64,000 nucleotides of DNA. It comes from Klebsormidium nitens. Lineage: Eukaryota > Plantae > Klebsormidiophyceae. Every line of letters begins with the position of its first letter. Within the stretch, counting starts at the first letter, position 1. The notes below the pieces were generated by a model that saw only the letters and a program-made list of their open reading frames with translations, was not told the DNA's origin and ran no database searches. This document shows, one piece after another, positions 45,661-58,776 of the stretch. The position numbers were made by a program, and so were the translations under genes. The stretch covers positions 14,290 through 78,289 of the forward strand of contig DF237383.1 of NCBI GenBank assembly GCA_000708835.1, in the 5' to 3' direction.

Positions 45661-48600
45661 TATTACGGCGTCTTGCAGACAGCCACGCAGTGCGTCGTTA
45701 AGACGTAACCACCGCCGTTTCGCTAACCCGCAGGTCAACGAAATCCTGTCGAGAACGAGGTTAGGCTTAACCAGTCGTAATCGTTACACGCGAGTGCTAC
45801 GGTTGCGGAAGCACCGACCACATCCTCGAGAATTGCCCCAAGGGAGGGGGATCGGGGTCCAACCGCGGGGCCGCCTTCATGGCGGGAGACGGAGTAGGGG
45901 CCGGGGTGGGGAAGCGACGGTTCTAGACTCGGGGGCCACTCAACACATGAGCGGGAACAAGGGGAAGTTCACAACCCTCAAGATGCTAGAACCCGGGTCG
46001 CGGAGGATCCGTATAGCAAACGATACGTACGTAGACGTAGCCGGAGAGGGGACGGTCGAGTTGCGGTGCCTAACGCCAACGGGCGTGAGGTTCAACACTC
46101 TTCTTGATGTGTTGTATGTCCCCGGCGTGGTTGAGAACCTCTTCTCGGTGACGAGAGCTACCGACGCCGGCGTGGTGCTTGGGTTCAAGAGGGACGTGTG
46201 CCAAGGCTTCTTGAACGGTGAGATCATCTTCCGTGCGGAGCAAGGGTTGGGCTTGTTTGAAGTGTGTGAACTGAGCGGAGCCCGAGGTGGACGCGTGCAT
46301 GCTTGTGAGAGAAGCCGAGAGCGCGGAGTTGTGGCATCGGAGGCTTGGGCACGCCGGGTATGAGGGGTTGGCTAAGATGGTCGAGGGAGACCTAGTCCGG
46401 GGTGTGGGGGTGAAAGCCGAGGCGTTTCGGGAGAAGAAACCCTTGGTGTGTGAACCTTGCATCATGAGGAAGCAAACCCGGGAGTCGTTTCCTAGGGAGT
46501 CGGACTCCAAGGGAAGCACGGAACCCCTCGAGCTCGTGCACATGGACGTGTGCGGGCCCATGCCGGTGGCGTCGCCCGGGGGGTGTAGGTGGTTGGCCAC
46601 TTTCCTAGACGACTACACCAAGCTCTCGGTGGTGCAACCGTTGAAGAAGAAGAGCGAGGTGACGGAGGCCACGGAGAGGGTGTTTGCCCGGTTGGAGTTA
46701 CAATCCGGGAAGAAGGTCAAGTCGGTTCAAACGGACCGCGGCGGCGGGGAGTACGTCAACGAGAAGATGACGCCTTTTCTCGGCAAGAAAGGGACGGTGC
46801 AACGCACTACGGCGGGGCACTCTCCCGAGCAAAACGGGTCGGCGGAGCGGTTGAACCGAACCCTAGAAGAGAGGGCGCGGGCTTTGCTAGAGGACGCCGG
46901 CTTGGGAGGGGAGTATTGGGCGGAAGCGATGGTGACCGCTAACTACACCCGGAATCGGGTGCCCTCGAGCGTGCACGGGAAGACCCCGTACGAGATGTTC
47001 TATGGGGAGAAGCCGGACCTTAGCCACATGCGGGTGTTTGGGGCGCGGGCCTACATCCATGTCCCTAAGGAAAACCGGAAGAAGTTGGAGCGGGTGAGCG
47101 AACGGGGGGTCTTCCTAGGGTATAAGCCGAACGCGAAGGCCTATCGGGTCTTGAAGGAGAGGACCGGAGTTGTGATTGTCTCCCGGGACGTCGTTGTAGA
47201 CGAGCGGGGGCCCTCCGGGGTCGTTGAGCTTGGCTCCGTCCCGGGGAAGGAGGAGGGGGGTGCTCGCGACCCTAGTCGTGTGAGCCCCCCGACTCAGATG
47301 GGTGCAGGGGCTACCCCTACGGGGGAGGCCGGCACTCAGCCCGGTGCAGAAGCTACTCCTACGGGGGAGGCCGGCACCGGGAGCGAGGAGTCCGTTTTAA
47401 CAGAGGGCGCCGATGAGAGCGGCGAAGTCGTGGAAGAGCCGGTGGTCACCCCGGCGGATTTGGGGGCGAGGAAAAACCCCCCTAGAGAGAGGAGATTGCC
47501 GGAGCGTTTTAGGGTTAACCTCGCGGCGGAAGGGGTTAGGGATAACCCACCAAAGGAGTCGGGGGAGCACCCGGAGCCTCAAGCTATCAGGAAGCCGTAG
47601 GGGGAGAAGAGAGTGAGCTCTGGCGGTTGTCTATGGACGAGGAGATGCGGTCTTTGTTGGAGAACGGGACTTGGGAGCTCGTCGAAAAACCGGAGGGGGT
47701 GAAGCCGCTTCCCATGAAGTGGGTTTACAAGATTAAGCGGGATGCGCTTGGGAACGTGGAGCGGTATAAGTTTCGATTGGTGGCGAAGGGGTACTTGCAA
47801 AAGCAAGGAATTGACTTCGAGGAGGTCTACGCCCCGGTGAGCAAGCACACAAGCTTGAGGGCGCTTCTCGCGGTGGTTGCGGCGCGTGACCTAGAGCTTC
47901 ACCAACTCGACGTCAAGACGGCGTTTCTCAACGGCGAGTTGGAGGAGACGATCTACATGCAGCAGCCGCAGGGGTACGAGCAAGGCGGGTCGGAGATGGT
48001 TTGCCTCCTCAAGCGCTCCCTTTACGGGTTGCGCCAGGCACCGCGGGCATGGTACCTGCGCCTGAAGGAGGAGCTCGGGTTGCTTGAGTTTGGGGCGTCC
48101 GTTGCGGACGCGGCGCTTTTCGTGGGGGAGGTCGACGGGGAGGAGGTCTTCCTTCTCGTTTGGGTGGACGACATCCTCATCGCTATTCGTGGGAAGGACC
48201 GCGTGGCGAAGGTGAAGGCGCACCTCGCGCGGACGTTCGACGTGAGGGACTTGGGGGAGGCGACTTACTTCCTCGGGAGTGAGTTGGCGCGCGACCGGGA
48301 GGCGCGCACTCTGAAGCTGACGCAGAAGAGGCAGACGGGGGAGCTCCTTGGACGACACGGGTTGGCGGGCGCGCGGCCGCGCTCGGTTCCCCTCGGCACG
48401 GCGGGGAAGCTGACGAGGGAGGGGACTCCGCTTGACACGGCGAAGTTCCCCTATAGCGAGCTCATCGGAAGCTTGCTCTATTTGAGTGTTTGCACGCGGC
48501 CCGACATTGCTCAGGCCGTGGGGGCATTGGCGCGCTACACAAGCGCGCCAACGGAGGCGCATTGGGCGGCGGCGCTCGGGGTGGTGCGCTATTTGGCGGG

Positions 48601-49126
48601 GACGGCGGAGGCCGGAGTAACCTTTGGGGGGAGCGATGAGCTCCTTGAGGTGTTCTGTGATGCGGATTTTGCAGGGGACGTTGACATGAGGCGTTCCACG
48701 ACGGGGTACGTCTTCCTGATGTACGGGGGCGCGGTGAGTTGGTCAAGCCGTCTGCAGCCGACGGTGGCGGTGTCCACGGTGGAGGCGGAGTACACAGTGA
48801 GCGCGGCGCAGGCGGTGAAGGAGGCGCTATGGTTTCGCAAGCTCGGGGGAGACTTGGGGTTGGGGCTTGGGACGGTCCCAATCGACTGCGACAACCAAGG
48901 GGCAATACAGCTCCTAAAGCATCCGGTCGCAACACTGCGGTCGAAGCACATTGACGTGTTGCATCACTTTGCACGGGAGCGGGTGGCACGCAAGGAGGTT
49001 GGGTTCGCTTATTGCAGGACGGAGGACATGAAGGCGGACATCATGACCAAGGCGCTGACTCCGGGGAAGTTCTTCAAGTGTAGGAAGGAGATAGGAATTG
49101 CATAGGATACTCAGTGCGTGAGGGAG

Positions 49127-49427
49127 TGTTGAAATTAGGGGTAATTAGCCTTGAGTTACGCCCTAATATCCTAGTCGAATCGTGTGCAATGTTGCATTGG
49201 CCGTCGACCGTACGATCGTAAGTTGCTGCGTAAGTAAATGGACTCGAAAGTAGGGCCGTCGATTTGCAAGTTTCCGGAGTACCGTAGCCGGAGTACCGTA
49301 TCCGGAGTACCGTATCCGGAGTACCGTAGCTGAGAAGACTTCGATTCTCACCATGGACTAGTTACTCACTTCTAGTACCTAGTTGTGCTTCCTCTTGAAA
49401 GGCGCTCAAGGCGCATTTATTTTAACA
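49127..49427 (+). repeat. 3' LTR (301 bp)
   Basis: TG...CA ends, followed by the TSD AATAC (49428-49432). Confidence 0.95.
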
Positions 49428-51685
49428 AATACTACCAATAGTTGGAGGTCTGTCCCTTTATAAGCTGTAAACAAATAAGCTCCAATCGCACGAATCAGCT
49501 TTCAACCGTCCCTATTCAGAATTGCAGTGCCAATCATGAAAGGCGTGAATTCCGGCGTCTCTAGAAGCAGCTGGGATGACACCTGTAAAAGGCTTGCGGC
49601 CCCGGAACGCAACAATAACCTCCTGACGGAGAATAAGCCGAAGTTTCTGTGCCACATATCTTCTCATCATGCATAATAATAATTCATTGCAATAGCCTGG
49701 CAGTGGCCATTGCATCTGTAGTGGGAAGTCGTGGGAAGTGGGGGGCGCTCGTCTTCTGCTGTTTGCGTCCCTCTTCTCTGAGGCTCAGAATATCATGAGG
49801 ATAATGCTTTCTGCAGTGCTTGCGATCTCAAGGAGGGCCTGACTATGTCACACAGCTGGCCACAGCAAAGCAACCTTAACCTCTACAATTCTTTTTCGTG
49901 GGGTGCATTGTAGGTCGCAACAAGGAAAACTCCCATGTGGGAAGTACCTCCCTTTGGTGCCCCTTTAAGCACCCGTGAACAGGCTGCCTAGCCTTGCTCA
50001 TGTCTCTGCAAGAATTGCTGAGTCTACTTTGATTAGAGCAACCAATGGCGATCTGGGGTTGTCGAAAGAATGTAGGCAACTGCCACTCAGCTTGACTCAC
50101 GGCGCATACTCTTGTACTTCCGACATTCAATTGGCATCTTAAGGGATTGCCGGCCACAAAGGGCGTTCTCTTGCATTCTGCCATTCAATAGACGTCGTAA
50201 GGCCGCAGCTTGACCAGCTCGTATCGCCCCAGGAGTGCAAGATACTATTGATCTAAAAAGCATGGCCCAGTGGCCATGTTCAATAACGGTGGCATTGGCT
50301 TTGATGCTTCTCTGCTGTACGGCGGCTGAGGGTGCTTCGTCACAAAGGTGAGAATGCGACATGAATTCCTCCCTTGTACTCTTCTGCCTTGTATCACATG
50401 CACACTATGTTGTAGTCACAGTCTGAGTAGAACAATGCACTCGAACTTTCTGGTCTAATACAGGATCAACGTTGTACAAGTGCAAATGATCTGCGCACAA
50501 TGATGAGAAGTGGAAGGAGCACTTTTGAGCATGACTTCCTGGCAAAAGTCCTCAGATGCCATTGACACCCCTGGACCAGTATATATGGCCGCACTTACGA
50601 TTATTTTGTCAAGCGTGGAGCTGGAATCGACCTTCACCGCTTTCTTACAGGAATCACTTTTCTCCTGCTTAAACGGGCCCGCTCTCGTCTGCAGATCTTT
50701 TGTCTTCAGAAGAACGCTAGCAGCCGGAAGCATCGGCACTGAAAGTTTGTCAGGCAGCGGCGATTGCAGAGTCGTTGGTCCTTGCCTTCCTTGCACAGCC
50801 ACTGAGAAGGTGAGTAGGCTGTGTCTTTAAGGACCGTGCATGTGGAGAGCATGTCTCATTACACCACATGGAGGAAGGCCATCAGATTGGTGCCTCTACT
50901 TGATCACAGGAACTCCGGGCCAATCCGCAGCTCTGAGTGGCGCAGTTGGAAAAGCCCTCTCCTTCCATTGCAACTGCAGGTCAAAAAAATTCTAGCATAT
51001 GTACGTTTTTCGCATCGAGTGCGAATTAAAGCCTCGCTGTCCAACAAAGTGCTCTCGTAGAAACCTGCACATATCTGCAGGCCACAGTTGCAGTCTGCGA
51101 CGAGTCAGGGTACCGACAAGCGGTTGAGTGCCCTCCGGCTCCGAAAGTCAACCTCACAGATCCAAGGAGGCTCGGGGATGATTCTTCTGAGCAGCAAAAT
51201 TCGGAAGAATCGGATGGGATGGAGGACAGAGGTAGCAGGGGGGAGGGCGCAAGCAAGAAGCTGCTGCAAATTGGGGGGGGGGACGGGGTCACCTCGACCT
51301 TGCAGGCATGCTGGCCAGAGGGGCAAAATGAGGGTCTGACAGTCCTAGGATTTGAGGTGAGCTTTGTGCTAAGTACGGTGTTCATCCTCGCCCTCGAGGT
51401 ACAGCCGACTCGTCGCACGAACTGGCCATCTGTGTTGATCGGTCGATCGGTATGCAATGCTCGCCTTCACGCTTCTGTGGCTGTGCGCCGAAATGCCGTC
51501 TTGTGTCGGCCTGTTCCTGGTACCACTTCCTTTTTGTTACTGAGCGTCTGAACCGTCTCTTGTGAGCCAAGTTTGCAATCATGTCATGTCTCATCGTTAT
51601 TCGGACACAAAAGGCGAAAGGGTTTTAGGTCGCAGAGCTCTGTCGTTCTGTGATATGTAAAATTCAAACGGAGTTTTTAGAATTG

Positions 51686-51754
51686 AGCTTTGCATGATTA
51701 CGAAGGTTACAAAGTCCCAGCTTTGCATGAATACGAAGGTTACAAAGTCCCAGC
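51686..51754. repeat. 33-bp tandem duplication
   Basis: AGCTTTGCATGA(T/A)TACGAAGGTTACAAAGTCCC twice, with one mismatch. Confidence 0.85.
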
Positions 51755-53009
51755 GAACATACTGCAACTGTGACATGTCTCCTCAAAACAGTTGCCCTCG
51801 AAACTGACTCTTTCTTTACATCTGCAGACGATTGTGGCACTTGTCCTGACAGTCGCAGCACCAGTCATGGTATATCGCAGAAGGAAAGCAGGCTCAAACG
51901 CCTCAACTCAAGGCATGCAACGAATCCCGAGCAACAATCGGTTCTGACTCCGTTGTAGCTTCGTCGTTTTTTTATTTGCACTTGGTAAAGTCCTGTGCCG
52001 TCGGAAGCCGCACTCTTCAAAATATGTTTTGCTGGTTGTGCAATCTAGATGTTTGTATTGAACGAGGCCTGACAAAAGTATAGAGATAAAAGTTGTAGGC
52101 CAGGAGCGCATGCATGGCCCAATTGCCACAAATATGTCTGCAATTGAGAACGATATCTGAATCTAAATAGAAGGGCCAGAAAAGTCACCTGGAATATGTA
52201 TGTGCGACAAAGTCGATGACCGTCAGGGGCGCAGCATTGCGAATCGCTAGCATACCTATGTATGAGTCGACATACGATCCACGAGAAAAGCATATCAGAG
52301 TAAGTCTACCCGGTAGAGCGCCGGCGGCAATGTTGTATACACAGTGCACATGCGTGAATGATCGACGGCGACTTCACATGCAGTGACGCTAGCACATGTC
52401 CATATGGGACTCCGACTCGAATAGAGAATCAACGCACCGCGCTACATATGCTGAGCTGCCTGGCGTCAAGCCCAGTCACGCCCAGGTACGATGAAGTCGC
52501 CCATCATGCATTGACTTCATTTCAACTGACTCAATGATTGATGCACAGAGTCAGCGGCCGGGCCGCCAATTCGTTTCAGGTCTGCCAGCCAACTCATGAC
52601 TTAAGTGATGGCGGTGCACAAAGAGTAGGTGCTCGATGAACTAGCCCAGTACGGCACCGTCAACATGCCAAACTTATCTACATGATTCTGTGGGTTTCTC
52701 AAAAGCGTATCTGTCTATGAGAGATTCACACAGAGATGCCTGCGAGCAATTCAATAGCTGCTGGTATGTACATTTGCTAAAAGTAACACTTGCGAGGATA
52801 CCTCGTGCAACACGTTTTCATTCTGACCCACCCATCCGCCCCTCCCTGATCTTTCGCAACCACTCCCGCACGTATGTTGCGTCCGGAGCATTCGGGACGA
52901 TCTGCGGAGCACAAAGAGCAACATAATAAACCTTGAACCCTCGGCAAAGCAGGACAGCTACTTGAGAGTGTCCCGGCCACCTATTAGATTGCAAATCTGG
53001 ACTTCGAGG

Positions 53010-56000
53010 TCATTGCTTGGCACTAGTCAAGAACGTAAGTGAAGAGTAGCAAGGCCAGAAGGCCAGCATGCCGTCTTCGATCCTCTTCAGGCGGAGGTTT
53101 TCAACAACAAGAATGCAAATTAACTCATGAGCATCTCCTGATCGCGCTGTTGATCGTGCCGGCCAATCAGGTGGCCAATCTGGACAAGAGCGTGGATAGC
53201 CCATCAGAACGTTGTGACAATCTCAAGGCGCTATTCTCTAGTTGCCTTGGCTTACGCTTGAACCGCCTGGGCAGAGGCAAGAAAGGCCCTTCCTATCGAG
53301 GCCCTTCAAACAACCCAAAACGACCAGTTATAACTTGCAATAGCTGTATCAAAAGCCGGATTCTACATGTTTGAGTATAAGCGATGCGGCATTGCTTCTA
53401 TCGAACAAACCAAAAGCCTTCCATTTCTCTGACTGGGTATCTGGTGACTTACCGCCAAGTACTGCTCCAGGCTGGACGTCGCCTCCGGGATGCGCCGCAG
53501 CGAGAAGAGACACACCCCCGCGTCCCGCAGCTCGGAGGCGCCCTCCGGGCCCTTCCGCGCGACTTTCAGGTACTCGATGACCGCGAGGCAGCGCACGAAG
53601 TTGCGCTTCTCCAGGTAGTCGTGCTTGAGGGTCGTCAGGATGTGCACCAGAAATTCGCGCTTCGAGATGGGCTCCTTCCGTTCGAAGTAGTCGGGGTAGA
53701 CGGTGATCGACGCGAAGAAGATCTTGCGGAGCTTGGCCTGGACGTCCGCTAGGAACATCAACTGCACACGAGCGAGATTTAAAATACTTAGATTCTAAAA
53801 TTTTTGGGTTTGGGAAGAGTTTGGGGTATGAAGTGACGAAAGCAGAGACGTACTTGAGAAAGTGTAATCGAGGCGAGGAAATCCGTGAGCATGGGCTGCC
53901 AGGGACGTTAGTTGAACACAAACCTTTCGGGAAGGTTCCACGAACCCACGGGTTTGAAGATTCGCAAGGAGTATGAGGTCACAGGCCTAGGCTTTGGGCA
54001 ATGTTCGCTAGCCAGATGACGACGATGTTGGGAGTGACATGAATAAAATCGGGGTTCAACGGCAACGAGGAGCACAAAACTTTCAAGAGCATGCCCCAAA
54101 CGTCCCTCAGGCAACCGATCTGCACACACGGATTTCGTAGTCTGCAGCACAGGGGTTTCCTGGAGAATAGCGCTCAAGATTCTGACGATGTGGGCCGAGC
54201 AGACGGCGAAATAGGTTTATCGGGGTTAGGCCTGCAGAAATCGAGACCACGGCAGAAGAGTTCCTCCACAGAAAGGTCTGGGCATCGGCCAGGAAGGTTG
54301 TATGCACAAGGTTATGACAATACGCGCATTTGATCAGGGTTCCACGATCTACTCAGAACGAGCTAGGCAGCAGCGGCCTTGTTCACATGGTGACTCGCTA
54401 GCTCGAATCCAGAGCGGATTCGGTGTACGGTCTCATCAAGGAACATTTCTGGATAATTTTAGGGAGAAGTCAGCCCCACAACCCTAGCGCTCACGTCGGC
54501 TCAGCACCCTGATCGACCGTGGACACTGCGGAACGGATATCAGAGGCGGAGACGAAGCTTGACAATGTGTAGCTTGAGATGGAGGGTAACCTTCGAACAC
54601 ATGTGTCAGATTCCGCAGTATAATCAAGTCTCAGAAAAAGTTCAAGTATCACAAGATAGACGGCAAAGGAAACTGCGCTCACCTTTCCCTTGTCCGAGGC
54701 GTCCACATAGAACGTGCTGTCCGCAGCCAGGGGTCGGACGACAAAATAGACCCCCGCCAAGGTGTAGGTCTGCATGGGGAAGCCCACGCGGCGCGCGAGC
54801 TCCAGGTAGATCAGGCTCAATAAGATACGGTCGCCTGCAAAGAGGGGGGGGATTTTCAGGAGAGGAGGTACTTCTTCTTTTCAGGATTGACCATTGGTCT
54901 TGTTTCATCCTGTTCCCATTTTGGCTTAGCAATGGTGTTCTGTTTTGCAAACCCTGATACTCTGTCTGTGGTGGCTCAAGTTCGTTACAAAAACGACCAG
55001 ACCTATTTGGGCGCCAGATTCACAGCGAGCAAACGAGCACAAAAGGTGGAGTCCCCTCGCAGAAGGGACAACTGCAACATGAAAAACAAATATGACATGA
55101 GAACGACGTGAAAGAGCGACCGTCCAAAGAAAGAAGGGCGTTCTGTACCATCTCTTTCTCAACGCCAGATTTCTACATCTTCTTAGGAAGTAAGTGTCGA
55201 GAAGAGACTTTCCTCGAGGACAACGTGAGCTCATCACCATGACTAGAAGAAGCAGGATATCTAGAAAGAATCCGAGAAGGACTGTACTATTGTCGAACCA
55301 GGATTCCTTTCACACGGAGCACGTTAAGTAGGCGGTTGCTAAAAGGCCTGCATTGTCCGGAAGAAAAGCAACCCAGACTGTTGCAAAACGCCTGCGCTCG
55401 TGTGTGACGCCATCGTGCACTGCTTCCAATGTATTTCAAGCTGCTTGTTTTTTGATCAATTTCAACCACATGTCCACGCATTTGCCTCGACAGTAAGCTC
55501 GCCCGTTCTATTGACCAGATCAAAAGATATGCTCAGCAGGTTACAGTAGCAGTAAGTTAACCTCACCAGTAACCGGCACCTCTTGGAATCCTTCGCATGT
55601 CCAACACCTGCAACGAAACATGAGCTCTGGACCCACATTACGACTTCGTAGGCTCACCCGTTTTGCATTTCAGGACGTTGTTGAGGGACAGCATCTCGTC
55701 GGCGTTTTGCCCGCTGTTCTTTTTGAAGTCGCGCTGCTCATACAGAAACTTGTTGATGGCCGCAATCATGCGCAACGGGTAACGTTCCGCCGGGGGCGGC
55801 AGCTCGTGCGTCAAATCCTCGGCCATGAGCCGCAGCTCCGCGTCGCACGCTTCGGGAGACGCCTCGGGGTACCTGTGAAAACAGCGGAACTCTGATCCAT
55901 TTGAGGTTCTCGAGTTTCGACTTATACAAAGCGGCTTTTGTTCCAGAAAGCTAGGTTGATTCTTAACAGGATGCCGTTTCGTCTGCAAAGTTGCAAATCT

Positions 56001-57515
56001 GTTCCTGTTTGTGTGGAACTCAAGGAACTGTACCCCCCGACAACACTTAAAGCAGTGGACCAATCCATGTCCTGCTGATCTCACCATAGAAACGTCACTA
56101 ATTGCTTGGATGCTGACGCATTTACGACCAAGTTTCTTAATCTCAAAACGGCAGGGCAAACTTCTTTGCGCACTGCGCATGTTTGTTAAGGCAATAGTTC
56201 AACAAAAGACTCACGCGTGTTGCGCAATCAAGGCCGCCGCCCGCACAAGGTCGATGTCATCATCCGGACGCGCCAGCTCCGACTGAAAGCTCTCGAGCGC
56301 CTTCACTTTGGCAATATACAGTCCGAGCTCGCTTTCCACACCGTCCACCTTCCAATCGGCGTTCAACTTTTTCTCAAACACGGCGATCAATCGCTCGTCC
56401 TCATCGGTGCGCGGGGGGATGGGAATTTCTGCCACTGAAGGCCCCGGCGGAATCACTACCGGCTTCTTCTTTTTCTCCCCCTTCTCGTTAGAGTCCTCCT
56501 CATTGGGGGCCTTAGAGTCGCTGACCTCTGGAACGTCTGGACTGAGCTCAGCAGTACTTTCAGGGGCAGCATTCTCCCCACTGGTTGATAGTCTAGCGTC
56601 CTCTAAATCTTCCGCAGCTGACTGTGAATCTTCCAATGAAGAAACAGACTCTTGGCTTACATCCAATTTGACAACCTCAGGTTCCTCGTTGCCCTCAGCA
56701 TTTTGCGCTGACTCCTTTAATTCTATGTTGCTCTCAGGAATCTTTGTCGACTCTTTGGACGCCTCTGCCGGCCCCTCGTCCCCCTTCTTCAATTTCAGGG
56801 GTTGCAACGTGAGGGGCACCTGCGGCCCCGAAACCCTGAATCCTCCAAAACGCTCACGCAAGCTTGGCCCCTGATCACGAGCTGGCTGTTCCTTTCTGCG
56901 ATGCAGAATGTCGAGAACACGCTGCGTCTGCGCCTCCTCACCAGAGGTCCCCTCAGCATTCGCCTCCGCACCGCTTGTGCTGGAGTCCGAAGGTCCCACC
57001 GTCTCTTCTGGTCTTTCTAAAGAAATCCCCTGGGCCTTAGCATTCACTCCGCTGCTGGAAGTGCTTCCCCCAGCTTCACTTTCATTCCCGTCCCAACGCT
57101 CAGAGACCTCCCCAAGATCCTCCTCTGCTAAGGATTCACCTGTCGACACACTTCTTGTTTCACCCAAAGGACCTGATCGGTCTTCCCTCTTTTCCTGTTC
57201 AGAGTTGTCCCTATCCTCGTCTTCAAGCGCATGTAACCTAGTGCTGCAAAATTTTCTGCCCCCCCTTGAATCTGAGAAGTTTGTATTGAGCGAAAAGGTC
57301 TCAACCCTTTGTAAACGCAACAAAGTCCTGCAGGGATCTTTGCTGGTCTTCAGACAGGAGCTGTACTTCATTGCGGACGGCTGATGCCGTGCCAAGAAAG
57401 TCCCTGGGCAGCTGAAAGTAGGGGAAGACTCTGAGCATGCTTTTCCACTACAGAAGAATGCTGCAGGGTTCGATAAAAGAAGAGGGCGGACGCACGTTGC
57501 GAAGCTACCTGCCAT
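53010..57515 (-). CDS. SirB1 / transglutaminase-like (Transglut_core2) + TPR protein with transit peptide and long acidic linker; 3' end uncertain (last confident exon ends at 53453)
   Basis: IDLVRAAALIAQH|.YP, RMIAAINKFLYEQRDFK, LNNVL.CKTG|DRILLSLIYLELARRVGFP, FYVDASDKGK, REFLVHILTTLK, ELRDAGVCLF...EA.SSLEQYL. This parallels bacterial SirB1-family architecture. Confidence 0.78.
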
Positions 57516-58776
57516 TTCTGCTGACAGAATGTATTTACGCCTTTGAACGAATATTCAAAGAACTTCCAAGAAAGGGAAATCCGATCATAGCACAGGACTC
57601 TCGCCCCAGGAAGTCAACTGCAATGACATACAAAGACTTACTAGCAGCATATCAGACGCGCATCAGCGCCCCGGCCCCCTCCACCATGATCCTGCGCACA
57701 GCAGAAAGTCGATGTACTACTAGATGACGTCTACAGGCTCTGCACTTTGCGTCTGAGGAGTGGTCAGCTTGCTCTTCCGAAACATTTGTTTCTGCTTTGC
57801 ATTTGCATCCCCCCATGAATTGACACCATTGACAGCCTCGGACGCTCACGCTTTCAGTTACAGGAGAAGTTGTCACCGGGTGGTGTCAAGGAAGGGTGGC
57901 AGAAAATGCATCCCAAAGAATTGAGACTCCTGTGCCGGTGGCGAACCAGAGCGCCTGCAAATTCTGGCCATTGCATGGCTACCATTGGCATAGGCAGCCT
58001 AATTAGGCTAATACAAAGGAAAGATTCTGAAGGAGGTATTCGCAATAAGTTTTCCTATTCAAAAGCAGTGCCATTGACTTGCTAACCAGCTGCTGTCGAG
58101 ACGCCCGTAAAGAAATGCTGCAAAACATGGGGGCGTGCACAAGTCCTTGTTGCTCGGGTGTGATAATCTGTAATCAAGCTTTACTTGCCCGGGACATAAG
58201 CGTCACACAAGATCTTTACAAAACATACCCACACAAAGCGAGATGTAGCAGCCCCCCAGTGCTTTGCAGAGCTTCAATGCCAGTCAGACAATGCTTGCCA
58301 ATGAAGAAAATTGGGCGGCAGAAGGAGCTTAACGATGCATGTCCAGTCTTGTCAAACACGTGGTCTTGTGGCAACATGCAGGTGAGAAAACTTGCATGGT
58401 TGTGCATTTTTTAAAGCTCTCCTTCTGTATTGTTCTTCCAAAGTTTTCAAGCTCTTACTCCGCCTATGGTGGTGATAAGGAGGTTGTGATAAGCAATGGT
58501 GATGTCTGTGGGTGACGGTTCGCAAGAATTCATCAGAATCAGGCTCAAATTGACATTGACATTGCCAGAATCTGAGTGGGAAAATTGAATGTCCTTATAG
58601 AATTTTTGGATCAGCAAATGGATGCCACAGAAGGACCTTTTCTCTGGCAGAGGGTTTGAGCACCTGAACGCGAAAGGTCTGTAATTGACATCCCAAATGT
58701 TTGACAAGAAGTGTTTAGTCACTTCTTTGCCCAAGGAGCTTCTCGGGTGTTTCTGACTGGTTGCCCTGACAGAGTC

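Larger units (their letters stand above)
44144..49105 (+). pseudogene. Frameshifted gag-pol of the copia element
   Basis: Gag (KLDVDNYTTW...), two CCHC knuckles (CHKCGELGHFEREC, CYGCGSTNHILKDC), protease WVLDSGATQHM, GAG-pre-integrase WHRRLGH, integrase (VHMDVCGP, TDRGGGEY, PEQNGSAERLNRTL), RT (LLVWVDD), RNase H (CDADFAGD, DNQGAI, SKHID). Frameshifts near 44750, 44910, 45910, 46270 and 47585. Confidence 0.9.
43633..49427 (+). mobile_element. Ty1/copia LTR retrotransposon, degenerate
   Basis: LTRs 43633-43933 and 49127-49427, 5-bp TSD AATAC, PBS GGTTATGGGCCC, purine tract before the 3' LTR. Domain order gag, protease, integrase, RT, RNase H. Several frameshifts. Confidence 0.97.
43380..50300 (-). 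pseudogene. Remnant class-3 (OBL1-like) triacylglycerol lipase gene interrupted by the copia element
   Basis: Collinear motifs on the minus strand: NATVIEHGHWAMLF...C (50299-50237), EVIVAFRGRKPF (49622-49587), A-YKGTDL (49464-49445), then beyond the element SFYELVGEQGRCHCNF (43594-43547) and LQLH...LQEMLLG...GQ. These resemble, from memory, plant lipase-3 segments ENxxVI..HWxMxF..C, IVVAFRGTEPFxAxDWxTD and SWYE..GxGKVHxGF. No intact GHSLG. Confidence 0.45.

Noticed and set aside
43540-49465. Hydrophobic LLVVLLLILLVL frame created by joining the copia flanks
   Set aside because: Explained by AT-rich NTA-like low complexity. The lipase-like motifs fall on either side of it.
50455-51457. Ser/Pro-rich minus-strand ORFs upstream of the lipase remnant
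   Set aside because: Could be its N-terminal exons, but splice phases do not join and no homology is recognisable.
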